DNA of 64,000 nt, from positions 22,134,001 through 22,198,000 of the forward strand of contig NC_086108.1 of the NCBI RefSeq assembly GCF_963921235.1, written 5' to 3'. Of this stretch, positions 13,739 to 27,063 are shown one piece after another. Below the pieces are notes generated by a model. The model ran no database searches. It saw nothing but the letters and a program-made list of their open reading frames with translations, and was not told the origin of the DNA. This stretch comes from Mobula hypostoma. Taxonomy: Eukaryota. The translations under genes and the position numbers were made by a program. Position 1 is the stretch's first letter; each line of letters starts with the position of its first letter.

Positions 13739-14815
13739 GTAAGTTCGATGAATAATACTTCAGCCCTTACAGTAAAAGAGAAGATTAATATACCTGCCAT
13801 TCTGGGTAAACCAATAATAAATAAAAGGCATAATAAAGGTAAAGGGGACACACAAAAAGCTTAAGGGAAAAATAAAGTGTCTGTGAAGACTTACAGAACC
13901 CATGTCCTCTTGGTTTTCATCCCAGCATTTTAAGGAAGATGGTGAAGGATTTACAGATTCTATTGCTTTATGGCTCCAAGCTCTGTCAGTTCTGAAATTG
14001 TTCTTTGGCTTGAGGATTTACAGTGAAACAGAAACCATGCAATAATGCTCTGTTAATTAACATTCATCATTTGGGGGGGGGAAACAAGAAATTTATAATG
14101 GAGGACAGAATGACAGGGCAGCAGAGCAGAGTTTTGAAAGTGATTAGAGAGAAGCAACGTGCATTTGTTATGGGATGGGCTGTTGAATTTTATTTAAAGA
14201 ACTAACTAAAATTACAGTGGATTATTTTTCACACACTACTAGAAGATATTGAGGAACTTTCCAAATAAGATACAGTTATCTGCAATTAAAGCTTGAGGGA
14301 ATCCCAGCAGAAGTTAAAGGATAATGAATAATTTTATTGAAATGCTTGAGGAAGATAGATGCCTTTTAAGGAAATCCTTAATCAGAACCAGGCTGTTTTA
14401 GAACAAAGTCAGCAATCAGTTTTAAATACTTGTGCAATGCCTTCCTATAAAAAACAAGATATACTAGTTCAGTTAATAAATATAAATCTGAGATTTTTGC
14501 TGAGCCAAAGCATGTGGGTGAATTCAGGATAGAGATTGGCTATGTTCTCACTGAATAGTGGAGTTGCCTTGAGAGCTGAATGACCAAATCCTGGACATGT
14601 AATGTCCACAGTCTTGTTCTTGACTTCCGCCTCAATCTAGTTACAATGCAATTGGCCAAATCCTGCATGCAATCTTACAATGCCGTAAATTGTAAACACG
14701 AAAAAATCTGCAGATGCTGGAAATCCAAGCAACACACACAAAATGCTGGAGGAATTCAGCAGGCCAGGAAGCATCTATGGAAAAAAGTCGACATTTGGGC
14801 CCGAGACCCTACATA

Positions 14816-15134
14816 CGAAGGGTGATTGATAAGTTCATGGCCTAAGGTAGAAGGATATGAGTTATTAACTTCAAACTTTCTGCATAATCACCCAAAGTTG
14901 AATTGCTTGTGCATTTAACAAGAGCTGTATAACTCACCTCCTTCTATTGTAGGCCACGAACTTATCAATCACCCCTGCTGTGGGCACTTTCTGGAGGTCC
15001 AAGATCCATATGCTCCACGGCTGCTGGACTAAGTGTGTAAATGTAGGAGGGGACTATGTTGAAAAATAAATGTGCTAGGTTTTCTAAAATTGACTCCTTC
15101 TACCTTAGGCCACGAACTTATCAATCACCCCTTG
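14816..15134 (+). mobile_element. Mariner-derived MITE with about 40-bp TIRs and TA flanks
   Basis: ta|cgaagggtgattgataagttcatggcctaaggtagaagga ... tccttctaccttaggccacgaacttatcaatcaccccttg|ta; retains a mariner-type transposase C-terminus WTKCVNVGGDYVEK* (15025-15069). Confidence 0.9.
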
Positions 15135-15394
15135 TATATATAGTTTTCCAATATTGTCTCCCTTTGCCCAGCAGATAAAATTTAAAATTATTATTCTCCA
15201 CACACATCATTTCACCCCATCTCTGGAACTTCTCCACTCTTTCTGTACCTTCCCAAATCTTTTTCAGTTACCCCACCATCCTTCAGCCCAGTGTTGGCTT
15301 GAGTCTGTTTATCTCACTTGAGTTCTTTCAATTCAACACTTGAACTAGTGCTGGGTTTTCCTTGTGTTGCTTTGAGACCGAATTAATAATTATA

Positions 15395-15937
15395 CACAGT
15401 GGCCACTTTATTAGGTATACCTGTACAACTGCTTGTTAATGCAAATATCTAAACAGCCAATCATGTGGCAGCAATTCAATGCATAAAAGCATGCAGACAT
15501 GGTCAAAGAGGTTCAGTTATTGTTCAGACCAAACATCAGAACGAAGAAGAAATGTGATCAAAGTCACTTTGACTGTGGAATGATTGTGTGTGCCAGACGG
15601 ACTGGCTTGAATATCTCAGAAACTGCTGATCTCCTGAGATTTGGACTCTCAACGGTCTCTAGAGTTTACAGAGAATGATGTGAAAAACAGAAAAAAACAT
15701 CTAGTGAGCTGCAGTTCTGTGGGCAAAATTGCCTTGTTAATGACAGGTCAGAGGAGAATGGCCAGATTGGTTCAAACTGACAATGACCACAGGTTACAAC
15801 AGTGATGTGCAGAACAGCATCCTTGAATGCACGACACGTCAAACCTTGAAGCAGATGAGCTACAGCAGCGGAAGACCACCAACATACACGCAGTGGCCGC
15901 TTTACAGGAGGTGTCTAATAAAGTGATTATTGAATGT
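15395..15937 (+). mobile_element. Tc1-derived non-autonomous element
   Basis: Termini cagtggccactttattagg / ctaataaagtg..., TA flanks, internal degenerate transposase N-terminal coding sequence; four copies in the window. Confidence 0.8.
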
Positions 15938-17344
15938 ATAATTAAATGGCAACAGTGGAAACTGGTATTTCACTGAGTGGTGAAGTAACCTGGTGTGTTC
16001 TCTCCTTCCAGTAAGTATAATAATGGAAATAATAAACTCTAATGGTGAAGAGGAGACCATTGTAGAATTAGAGAAATAAAGGATATAGACTCAGATGCAT
16101 GACAAAGTTCAAGCATTAAGTGAGAGAAAGAGAGAGGAATCCTCAAGAAGATGTTGGAAAGGGTGGTATAGGTGATGGACAGACTGCAGCCCGAAAGATT
16201 AGCTTAAGTTTAAAATTTGTGCAACGGTGGTATCATCAAAGGTTCATTGAGGACGTCCGGTGGTTTGAAGGCAGAGCCTCCTCATTCATGTGTGAATGAA
16301 TAATGATATTTAAAGGGACAGTGCATTTGTAATTTCACTTATTAAAACAGCATTTTGTAATAAGAGCTCACAGAACTTTGAGATTTCTCCTTTTCAGTAT
16401 TTTTACTGGATCTGCTTATTTTAATGTAATGTTATTATCCTCTGTCAATAAGTTCCGTCAATGGCCTTCTTAATAGGAAATGCTCTCCTCAGAAATACCA
16501 GATTCACCATGGTAACAGAAGGCTGCAGGCAAAATTTCTTCCAAGTTTTAGCATGTGACTATTTCCTCAAATACTCCATATGTAGTTCTATGGACACCTA
16601 GGTTGCTAACTTCAGACAGCAAACATTATTTGAATTTGGATCCTGGCACTGACCTCCCATTGCTGGTAAAGGAAATGCCAATGTGCCTCTACTGGCACAG
16701 AGATGACTCCTTAACCACAAAGGATATGGTTTCCCAGGTGCTGCTGCTCTAATGCTACCTCTGGGTTAAACAGATACCACTCAATGTTACAGGATGTCCT
16801 TTTGACCTGCCTGAAAGGAGTTTCAAACACTTAGCTAAGAGATGTAAATGGTATTTGAACTTTCCTGACATTGGAGAATGTGAGTGGTGTAGCGCTCCAG
16901 TAGTTTTTATTGCACTTTGGCATACTGTGGTAAAGATTAGTGGTTTAAACAAAAGCTTTTTGCAAGTAATAAGTGTATAATTCCTGGAAAGGTAGTTCCG
17001 CACTGACCTTCCTTGTGAAGGGATGGAGTTAAATGTTGTCAGTCTTATTTGTATTCCTTTGGCTTTGACTGGTGCTACTGTGCTCTGTTTTGTCAGCCTG
17101 ATAAATTCTTCCTTCTTGACTGGGTTACAGCAAAGTGCAAATGTAACTGAAACATCCATTCTTCTGAGGGATACTTACACAATTTACATGAAACAGTTTT
17201 ATCTTAGTACACAATACATGACTCCAGCATTCCTGTAAAACCATAAAATGTCTTCAAGCTGGCTTTTAAGATCCATGATCCAATGGTGCACTCAAATGTT
17301 TGATATCAGCATTGAACTGGTATTTTTTTCAATGCTTCATTACG

Positions 17345-20238
17345 TAAGGCCATAAGACACAGGAACAGAGTTAGGCCATTCAGCCCATTGAGTCTGTTCA
17401 GCCATTCCATCATGGCTGATCCCGGATCCCACTCAACCCCATACATCTGCTTTCCCGCCATATTGTTTGACGCCCTGACCAATCAGGAAATTATCAACTC
17501 CCACTTTAAATATACCCATGGACTTGGCCTCCACTGCAGTTTGTGGCAGATCCCACAGATTTACTACTCTCTGGCTAAAAAAATTCCTCCTTACCTCTGT
17601 TCTAAAAGGTTGCCCCTCAATTATGAGGCTGTTTCCACCATAGGAAACATCCACTCCACATCCACCTTATCTAGTCCTTTCAACATTTGGTAGATTTCAA
17701 TGAGATTCCCCGCGCAGTCTTCTAAATTCCAGTGAGTACAGGCCCAAAGTTGCCAAACGCTCCTCATATGTTAAGGCCTTCATTCCCGAAATCAACCAGG
17801 TGAACCTCCTTTGGATTCGCATCCTTTCTGAGATATGGAGCCCAAAACTGTTGATAATACTCCATGCGGCCTGACTAGTGTCTCGTAAAGCCTCAGCATT
17901 ATTTCCTTGCTTTTATATTCTATTCCCCTTGAAATAAATGCCAACATTGAATTTGCCTTCCTTACCACAGACTCAACCTGTAAATTAACCTTCTGGAAGT
18001 CTTGCATGAAGACTCCTAAGTCCCAATGCGCCTCTGATGTTTGAATCTTCTCCCCATTTAGTTAAAAGCCTGCACTATTGTTCCTTTTTCTAAAATGCAT
18101 TATCATACATTTCCAAACACTGTATTCCATCTGCCACTGTTTTGCCCATTCTTCCAATTTGTCTGTCCTGCTGCAATTGCATTGCTTCCTCAGCACAACC
18201 TACCCCCGACCTATCTTTGAGGGCCACAAAGCCATCATTTCCATTATCTAAATGATTGACAATGTGAAAAGCAGTGGTCCCAACTGACCCCTGAGGAACA
18301 CCACTAGTCATCAGCAGCCAACCAGAAAAGGCCTCCTTTATTCCTACTCGCTCTTTCCTGCCTGTCAGCCATTTCTCTATCCATGCCAGTATCTTTCCAG
18401 TAACGCCATAGGATTTTATCTTGTTAAACAGCCTCATGAGTGGCACCTTATCAAATGCCTTCTGAAAATCCAAGTAAATGATACCCACTGCCTCTCCTTT
18501 GTCCACCCTGCTTGTTACTTACTCAAAGAACTCTAACAGATTTGTCAAGCAAGATCTCCCTTTACAGAAAACATGCTGACTTTGACTTATTTTAACATTA
18601 GTCTCCAAGTACCCTGAAACCTCAGCTTTAATAATAGACTCCAGCACTTTCACAACCACTGAGGTTAGGCTAACTGGCCTACAATTTCCTTCCTTTTTGC
18701 CTTCCTCCCTTCTTAAAGACAGGAGTGATATTTGCAATTTTCCAGTCCTTCGGGACCATGCTAGAATCAAGTGATTCTTGAATAATTCATGACTGATGCA
18801 TCTGTTATCTCTTTGCAACCTCTCTCTGGACTCTGGGATGTAGCCTATCTGGTCTAGATGACCTGTCTACCTTCAGACCTTTTCAGTTTGCCTAGCACTT
18901 TTTCCTTTGTAATAGCAATGACACTCATTCCTGCTCCCCTACACTCATGGACCTCTGACACACTGCTAGTGTCTTCCACAGCCAGACTGATGCATAGTAC
19001 CCATTAAGTTCATCTGTCATTTCTTTGTCCCCCATTACTTCCTCACCAGCATCATTTTCCAGTGGTCCAATATCAACTCTCACCTCCGTTTTACTCTTTA
19101 TATAACTGAGAAAACTTTTAGTATCCTACTTTATATTATTGGTTTGTTTGCCCTCATATTTAATCTTTTCCCTTCTTATAGCTTTTTTAGTTGCATTTTG
19201 TTGGATTTTAAAAGCTTTCCAATCATCCAACTTCCCACTCTCTTTTGCTACTTTATATACCCTTTCCCTGGCTTTCATGCTGTCCTTAACTCCCCTTGTT
19301 AGCCATGCCATTGCCTAGCTCTGCCATTTGAGAGCAACTTCTTCTGTGGGACATACCTATCCTGCACCTTGTGAACTACTTCCAGAAACATCAGGCATCT
19401 CTGCTCTGTCATCATCCCTGCCAGTATCCTCTGCCAATTCATCTTGGCAAGCTCCTGTCTTATGCCTCTGTAATTCCCTTTATTCCATTGTGATACTAAT
19501 ACATTTGACTTACGCTTCTACCTCTCAAATTGTAGAATTAATTCAATCATATTATGATCACTGCCTCCTAAGGGTTCCTTTGCATTAAGCTGCCCAAGGA
19601 GATCTGGGTTATTACACAACACTCAATCTAAGATGGCCTTTCCTCATGTAGGCTCAGGCACAAGCTGCTCTAAAAAGCCATCTCACAGGAATTCAACAGA
19701 TTCCCTCTCTTGCAATCCAATACCAACCTGATTTTCCCAGACCCTTTGCATATTGAAGTCCCTCATTACAATTGTGTCATTACTCTTATTACATGTCTTT
19801 TCCAGCTCCCTTTGCAATCTTAACCCCACATCTTGGCTACTATTTGAAGGCCTATATATGATTTCATAATGGTTTTTTCACCCTTGCAGTTTCTTAACTT
19901 CACACACAAAGATTTAACATTCTCTGACTCTTTGTCACCTCTTTCTAAAGATGTAATTCCATCTCTTACCAACAGAGCCACACCACTGCCTATGCCTTCC
20001 TATCTGTCCTTTTGATACAAAACATATCCTTTGATGCTAAGCTCCCAACTATGACCTTCTTTCAGCTATGACTCAGTGATGCCCACAACGTCATACCAAC
20101 CAGTCGCTAACTGTGTCACAAATTCGTCCGCCTTATTCCAAATACTACGCGCATTTAAATACAGCATCTTCAGTCCTGCATTCTTCGCTCTTTTGAATTT
20201 TGTCTCTGTGGTACAATTGAATTCTTTACTCTGTCTCG
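17345..20238 (-). mobile_element. CR1-type LINE, near-complete decayed ORF2 (APE endonuclease + RT)
   Basis: [14 protein letters not shown]...YDVVGITES (endonuclease), RPVSLTSVV...SCLTNLLEFFE, YLDFQKAFDKVP, GVPQGSV, RRNFFSQRVVNLW; many stops and frameshifts. Confidence 0.93.
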
Positions 20239-20314
20239 ATACGTAAAGAAGCAGCACTTTTCACCTTGCACTTGTAGCATGCCCAGGTATAACCTGACAT
20301 ATTTTGTGTTGCAG

Positions 20315-20413
20315 GTGTCATACACAGGAGGAAGTAAGTGCTTTAGCTGCTCATCTGTGGCAGAGAGAGATAAGTGGATGGAGAACCTTCGGAGAACTGT
20401 GCAACCAAACAAG
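20315..20413 (+). CDS. RASAL2: RASAL2 internal exon (end of PH domain), 99 bp
   Basis: Not in the ORF track. ttgtgttgcag|GTG...AAG|gtagtt; reads [33 protein letters not shown]; phase 0-0, joining the exons at 1765 and 26509 in frame. Confidence 0.95.
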
Positions 20414-20797
20414 GTAGTTATGTTTTAGTAAAAATGTGTTACTAAATATATTAAAATTGTTTGTTGTACTTTCAAAGTAAAGAAATTTGGCAGCTGGATT
20501 ATCAAACCTAGCTGATAAAAATGTGCGCTTTAGGCAATCCAATAGACAGTATTAAGATTATTACCAAGAGCAAGTGAATGTCAGGACAGTTTGCTCTTAT
20601 CTAGTCTTGTTATCTGTAAATGACAAAGACATGCTTTTAAATCATTCTGCATTAATGAGGAACTAACTCCGAGGGTGGGATGGATATCCTGCAAAGCCGT
20701 GATCCTTTCTTAAATCAAGGGATCCCTTCTTGCCCCTTCATCAAGGGTCTCTCAGGAAAAAGAAAACAAGAGTTATTGAGGTAATTAATACTGTACA

Positions 20798-21130
20798 TGG
20801 GTAGTACAGTGGCGTAGCAGTTAACGTCATGCTATGACAGCACCAGTGATCCAGGTTCAATACCGTACCGCTGCTGTCTGTAAGGAGTTTGTACGTTCTC
20901 CCCGTGACCTTTGAGTTTCCTTTGGGTGCTCCTGGTTTTCTGCCCCATTCCAAAGACATACGGGTTAGAGTTAGTCAATTGTGGGCATGCTGTGCTGGTG
21001 TGGAAGCATGGCAACACTTGCAGTCTACTCCCAGCACATCCTCAGTCAGTGTTGGTCATTGACGCAGACAGCACATTTCACTGTATGTTTCAATGTTTGG
21101 ATGTATATGTGATATATAGCTACTCTTTTA
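20798..21130 (+). mobile_element. tRNA-derived SINE (V-SINE-like)
   Basis: A-box-like tggcgtagcagtt, B-box-like ggttcaatacc, central ggagtttgtacgttctccccgtgacc...ccaaagac domain. Confidence 0.75.
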
Positions 21131-21716
21131 ATCTTTTACTCCCGGAATTGCTCAAATCAGATCAATGTCATGATTTTATTGAGCAGCGTGTGAGTAATCT
21201 ACTTGTTTACACACTCATCAGGGTCCAGTAGCTCACCTCTGTAGTTTGTTCCTTGAAGCACACATGCTGCAGGGTGCTTTTCATGTGTGTGCCATTCATC
21301 TTAACTTAGCAGTGGGATAAGAGATCCCACTGCTCATTGCAAACATCAGAGTAAATTTGTTATCAAAGTACATATATGTCACATTTCAGTCACTTTCCAC
21401 TACCCTGAGATTCTTGTCCTCAAGCAAGCTGACCATTCCAAAACTATTATTTGAACTAAACTTTGCACCAAGTGTTCGTCTTGTGCTTTATTTCAGCTTC
21501 CCAGATTTTCAATCTGTTTCCTGCAGCATATAACATTCTTTTTTCTCAGATTCAGTATCCTTTTGGCCTGCAATGACACAATATCATACAAAACTTAACA
21601 TGCAAGAGGATGTTTTGTATTTCAGAGGTTTGAGGATACGTCATTTTCAATTGATAGCATCCATGGGTGATTCCTTCTCTAAAGAAGAGATCAGATGTTG
21701 CAGAGTAGAGGAGTTG

Positions 21717-22230
21717 GCTTAATAAAGTGACCTCAGGAGTGGAGTCCAATGTGGTCTTTTGCTGCTGCAGCCCATCCACTTCAGTGTTCGATGTGTTGTG
21801 CATTCAGAGATGCTCGCCTACACACTATTGTTGTGACATGTGGTTATTTAAGTTACTCTCACCTTTTGTCATCTTGAACCAATCTGGTGATTCTCCTCGA
21901 GGTGTTTTCACCCACAGAACTACAGAACTGCCACTCACTGGGTGTTTTGGGGGGGGGGGGGTTGCACCATTTTTTGTAAGCTCTAAAGATTGTTGTGTGT
22001 GAAAGTCCCAGGAGATCAGTAGTTTCTGAGAAACTCAAACCACTCCATCAGGAACCAACAATTGTTCTACCGTCCAAGTCAGTTAGATCACATTTCTTCC
22101 CCATTCTGAAATTTGCTTGACCATGTCTGCATACTTTTATGCACTGAGTTGCTGCCACATGATTGGCTGATTAAATATTTGTGTTAACGAGCAGGTGTAC
22201 AGATGTACCTAATGAAGTGGCCACTGAGTG
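21717..22230 (-). mobile_element. Tc1-derived non-autonomous element (inverted relative to the 15395 copy)
   Basis: Ends gtacctaatgaagtggccactgagtg|ta; body is the reverse complement of 15395-15900. Confidence 0.8.
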
Positions 22231-24182
22231 TAGATGCGTGTTCATCCAGCATTTACTACTTCATGACACTGGTGTCCAGCCAAATTGGATGCGTTTTTCA
22301 ATTGAGTCAAATACATTGCATATAAAGTAATGAAGTAATGCTGACTCTAGCAGTAAGTCACTTTGAATTATCACTTGAAACCTGCCCTAAACCTCATTGA
22401 TTCATTGGGTCAGTTTTATTCTGCACTGCAGTTAGGTAATAAGGCTTATCTCATCTTGTTTTTGGATTCAGATTACAATAAGGGTGCTGTAAAAGACTCT
22501 TCTGAATAATGCTACTTGCTGCATTACTAACGTGGTTCATCAGATGCAGTGGTCAATGATACTTATGCTGTCATACTTAGGAAGTCGTGGCAGATTCAGT
22601 GTTCTCAAGGATGTTAATGTTATGCTGATCTTTCTGAACAGAATTAAGCATTTGGAGGGGCCATTATTATTGAACTGCAATGCTCATAACTTCAACTAAC
22701 CACGTTTACAAAGTTCTGTGTATACTCATCATGATGTGGAAGATGCAGAATGTAATGATGTGCATGCTCATAAGGTCTGAATAATCACGTCTGTCTTGCT
22801 GATTTAATCTGCAACTTTCTGCTCCTAACAGTAATGCTGTTATTCACCTCTCAGCCTTATATAATGCTGTTAGGACTCTGCCTTCTGTCTCCAAGGACTG
22901 TAAAACCTGGAAACGGTGGGTGCACTCCAATTTTGACAGTGTTCATACCTGTGTCTGACTCTGTGCTTTTATATTTGTCGCAGTTCACCGTCACATTCTG
23001 TTCTTCTTTCAGGTCTTTTCATTGCTGCTTGCCGGCAGCTCAAATGCTGGTGTGTTCTTCAGATAAATAGTAATATGATGTACAGCTTGTGTGGTGTTGT
23101 GGGACTGCATGAGGCAAGCATTGCTTTCACGTGAGCAGGGCTTTTTCTAAAACTGCAGCACATTACAGTGTGCTCACCCGTGTGTACGTGACATTGCTCT
23201 ATCCACAACCTTGTTCATACTGTCAGTCTTGTGAGTAAACTGAATCGGCCCACAAGTCACTCACGTGGCAATGTATGTGAACTATTCGCCCAGTGCAATG
23301 TTTCATTCAATTTACCACCTGAACCAATAGTCCGCCCTGCATTAGCCAGCTGCTTTCAAGTGCGCCTGCTGCAAACTTCCACCTAATCAGAATTTGTGTC
23401 AATATTATCAATGGGGTGTGCTCAACCTGGTCTGGTTGCATTCTGGGATTGATTATGTCTCTCCTCACGCGTGTGTACTTAGTACTTTCTCGATCACATT
23501 TTTCCGTTTTCCATTAGTGTTGATTAATTACTACACTCTTCCACCTGTGACTATTAATTTTCCTCCGTTTCCATCTGCAGCTTTGTATGTTATCTCTAAG
23601 TGTATATTAATTTATGCATAGGATGCTTTCAGTACACGGGTCATCAGATCTTTAAATGTTCTCCTTTGCATTGATATTCTTTTTGAAAGCAGGCTAAATT
23701 ACAGATTGCATTAATAACATGCCGACGAACGTTTTTTGCCTGCCTTCTGTTCAACTTCATGAAAGATAATAATTTGTCGTGATTACAGTTTGAACATTTC
23801 AAAAGTATTTTGGAAATATAACAAAACATAACACCAAACGAAATCACACAAGAAGTTCTGATTATGAGGTTTACTGGTGCTCTGTGTTATATATTTTCAA
23901 ATGTTCTATTCTCAATTGGACATCCTTGAAGCAATGGTAAATTACTTTTGTAAGTACAAAATCCTCGATTCAACCTCTTCAATCAATTATGTGAGCATAC
24001 CAAAGAGGGCCAGTGGTTGTCATGCTCTAATGACTGTGCTCAGGAACGTGTACAGGATTGACCCTCATTCAGTTTGGTTCTGCAAATTGTGGGGCTTCCC
24101 CTCAGTTTAGCTACAGCCCTACATCTGCTACTGTATCACAGCATCTGTAGAGGGAAATGGGTTTCTCCTCATCATATGCAGG

Positions 24183-25553
24183 AAGTCAAGTCAAGTCAAG
24201 TCAAGTTTATTGTCATTTCGAGAATAAGCTGCTGGTACGGCACACAGTAAAAACGAAACAATGTTCCTCCAGGACCATGGTGCTACATGAAACAACATAA
24301 AACTACACTAGACTATGTGAGATAGCACTAGACTACGTAAAACAACATAAAAACTGCACTGGACTACATAAAGTGCACAAAACAGTGCAGGGCAGTACAA
24401 TAATTAATAAACAAGACAGTAGGCACAGTAGAGGACAAATTACAACATAATAATAAATGATGTAGATGTTAGTCTAGACTCTGAGTATTGAGGAGCCTGA
24501 TGGCTTGGGGGAAGAAACTGTTGCATAGTCTGGTCGTGAGAGCCCGAATGTTTCGGTACCTTTTGCCAGATGGCAGGAAGGAGAAGGGTTTGAGTGAGGG
24601 ATGCGTGAGGTCCTTCACAATACTGTTAGCTTTGCGGGTGCAGCGTGTGGTGTAAATGCCTGTAATAGCGGGAAGAGAGATGATCTTCTCAGCTGACCTC
24701 ACTATCTGCTGCAGGGTCTTGCGTTCCGAGACAGTGCAATTCCCAAACCAGGCAGTGATGCAGCTGCTCAGGATGCTATCAATACATCCTCTGTAGAATG
24801 TGGTGAGGATGGGGGTGTGGGAGATGGACTTTTCTCAGCCTTTGCAAAAAGTAGAGACGCTGCTGGGCTTTCTTGGCTATGGAGCTGGTGTTGAGGGACC
24901 AGGTGAGATTCTGCGCCAGGTGAACACCAAGAAATTTGGTGCTTTTAACGATCTCAACAGAGGAGCCGTCAATGTTCAGCGGAGAGTGGTCGCTCCGTGC
25001 TCTCCTGAAGTCAACAACCATCTCTTGTTCACATTCAGAGGCAGGTTGTTGGCTCTGCACCAGTCTGTTAGCCGCTGCACCTCCTCTCTGTATACTGACT
25101 CATAGTTCTTGCTGATGAGACCCACCACGGTCGTGTCATCAGGAAACTTGATGCGTGATTTGAGCTATGTATTGCTGCACAGGCGTGGGTCAGCAGAGTG
25201 AACAGCAGTGGACTGAGCACACAGCCCTGGGGGGCCCCCGTGCTCAGTGTGATGGTGTTGGAGACGCTGCTCCCAATCCGGACAGACTGAGGTCTCCCAG
25301 TCAGGAACTCTAGGATCCAGTTGCAGAGGGAGGTGTTCAGGCCCAGCAGTTTCAGCTTTCCAATCAGGTGCTGAGGAATGATTGTGTTGAATGCTGAACT
25401 GAAGTCTATGAACAGCATTTTGTCCAGGTGGGTGAGGGCCAGGTGGAAGGTGTTGGCGATGGTGTCGTCTCTTGAGCAGTTGGGATGATACGCGAACTGC
25501 AGGGGGTCCAGTGAGGGGGACAGCAGGGTCTTGATGTGCCTCATGACAAGCCT
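24183..25553 (-). mobile_element. Rex1/Babar-type LINE, 5'-truncated
   Basis: LDPLQFAY...[15 protein letters not shown]...[41 protein letters not shown]; (TTGAC)n tail at 24183-24205. Confidence 0.9.
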
Positions 25554-26508
25554 ACTAGTCAACCACACAGTGCAGTAGCTCTAGCTCCTTGGCTTATAAG
25601 TTCATGTCTCATCAGAAGATTTTTATTTAAGACTATCTATAAACCAATTGAAAAACAATTGCTCATAGAATTTTGCAAATGAGCAAGAAATGTTTGAATC
25701 CTTGCCACCAGCCCCCTTCCAATTTCACTGTTACTGAAACTCCATTTCCTCCCAATTTTATTCTTGGTAATCAGTGATTTTAATCAGTTAATGATTCAGA
25801 CAACAGAGCATCAAGTGGACCCTTATTAAAAGTGCATTTTGACCATTGGAAGTGCCCAAAAATTCATGCTGTTAATCCCCAGTTGTCACTTCTCAAGATT
25901 TTTTTATCAGAAGGCAACTTGATTTGATAATTCCAGATAAGCCATATAAAGTACTGGTAAAGTTAATCATTACATTTTTATAAATTTACCGGAGGTTGAC
26001 AGGATGATCTACTTTGATGGTCAGTTTCCAGCTGTATTTTTGGGAATTATTGTTATTGTCACTGTTTACTCTTTAACTTCTGCTGCAAATGCACCTTGTT
26101 AATTTATTTGTGGTAATATTACTTTATGTGTTGTGTGCGTGAGTTATATGTATTATGTTGTGCACCTTGGTCCGGAGGAATGTTGTTTCGTTTGGTGATA
26201 TACATGTGAATGGATGAATGACAGTAAACTTAGCTTCAATTTGGAGTTGACTTGAAAAGCCTTCAAACAAGTCCTAGTCTATCACGTATTATAAAAATGT
26301 ATTATTAGGAAATTAGAGGGGAATGTAACTCATGCTGGGATCAAATATCCAGCCTTTCAGTTCTGCCTATCATCATCATTATTATCAATTACAAAAAAAC
26401 GGCATGCTTTGGACTCAGTAACCTGGGTGGGTTTTTGTGCATATGAAAAATAATCAAGAAGTGATTGGACTAAGAAATACTGATAGATGAACTGCTTTAT
26501 GTTTGCAG

Positions 26509-27063
26509 GACAACTGTCGCCGTGCAGAAAATGTACTCCGGCTCTGGATTATTGAAGCAAAAGATTTAGCCCCTAAAAAGAGGTACTTCTGTGAACTGTG
26601 CCTGGATGACACACTTTATGCACGAACTACCAGTAAAATGAAAGCAGATAACCTTTTTTGGGGTGAGCACTTTGAATTTTACACTTTGCCAATGGTCAGG
26701 AATATTACTGTGCATATTTACAAGGATATGGACAAGAAGAAAAAGAAAGATAAGAATAATTATGTGGGATTAATCAATATTCCAATCACTAGTGTCACTG
26801 GACGACAGTTCATAGAGAAATGGTACCCTGTCAGCACACCAAACTCAAACAAGGGCAAAGGAGGAAGCCCTTGTATCCGCATTAAATGCCGCTATCAGAC
26901 AATTGCCATTCTGCCTATGGAACTATATAAGGAGTTTGCAGAGTTTGTCACCAATAACTATACCATGTTGTGCTCTGTTCTGGAGCCAGTTATCAGTGTG
27001 AAGAACAAAGAAGAGATGGCCTGTGCACTTGTTCATATCCTGCAAAGTACTGGTCGTGCAAAG
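26509..27063 (+). CDS. RASAL2: RASAL2 exon, C2 domain and start of RasGAP region, 555 bp
   Basis: gtttgcag|GAC...AAG|gtaggc; [34 protein letters not shown]...[13 protein letters not shown]...[12 protein letters not shown] matches RASAL2 rather than DAB2IP or SYNGAP1 as I recall those sequences. Confidence 0.97.

Noticed and set aside
22857..23012. TATATAA followed by a GT-AG mini-intron (22916-23012) suggesting an alternative first exon
   Set aside because: Short common motifs and no convincing downstream donor to join the next coding exon.
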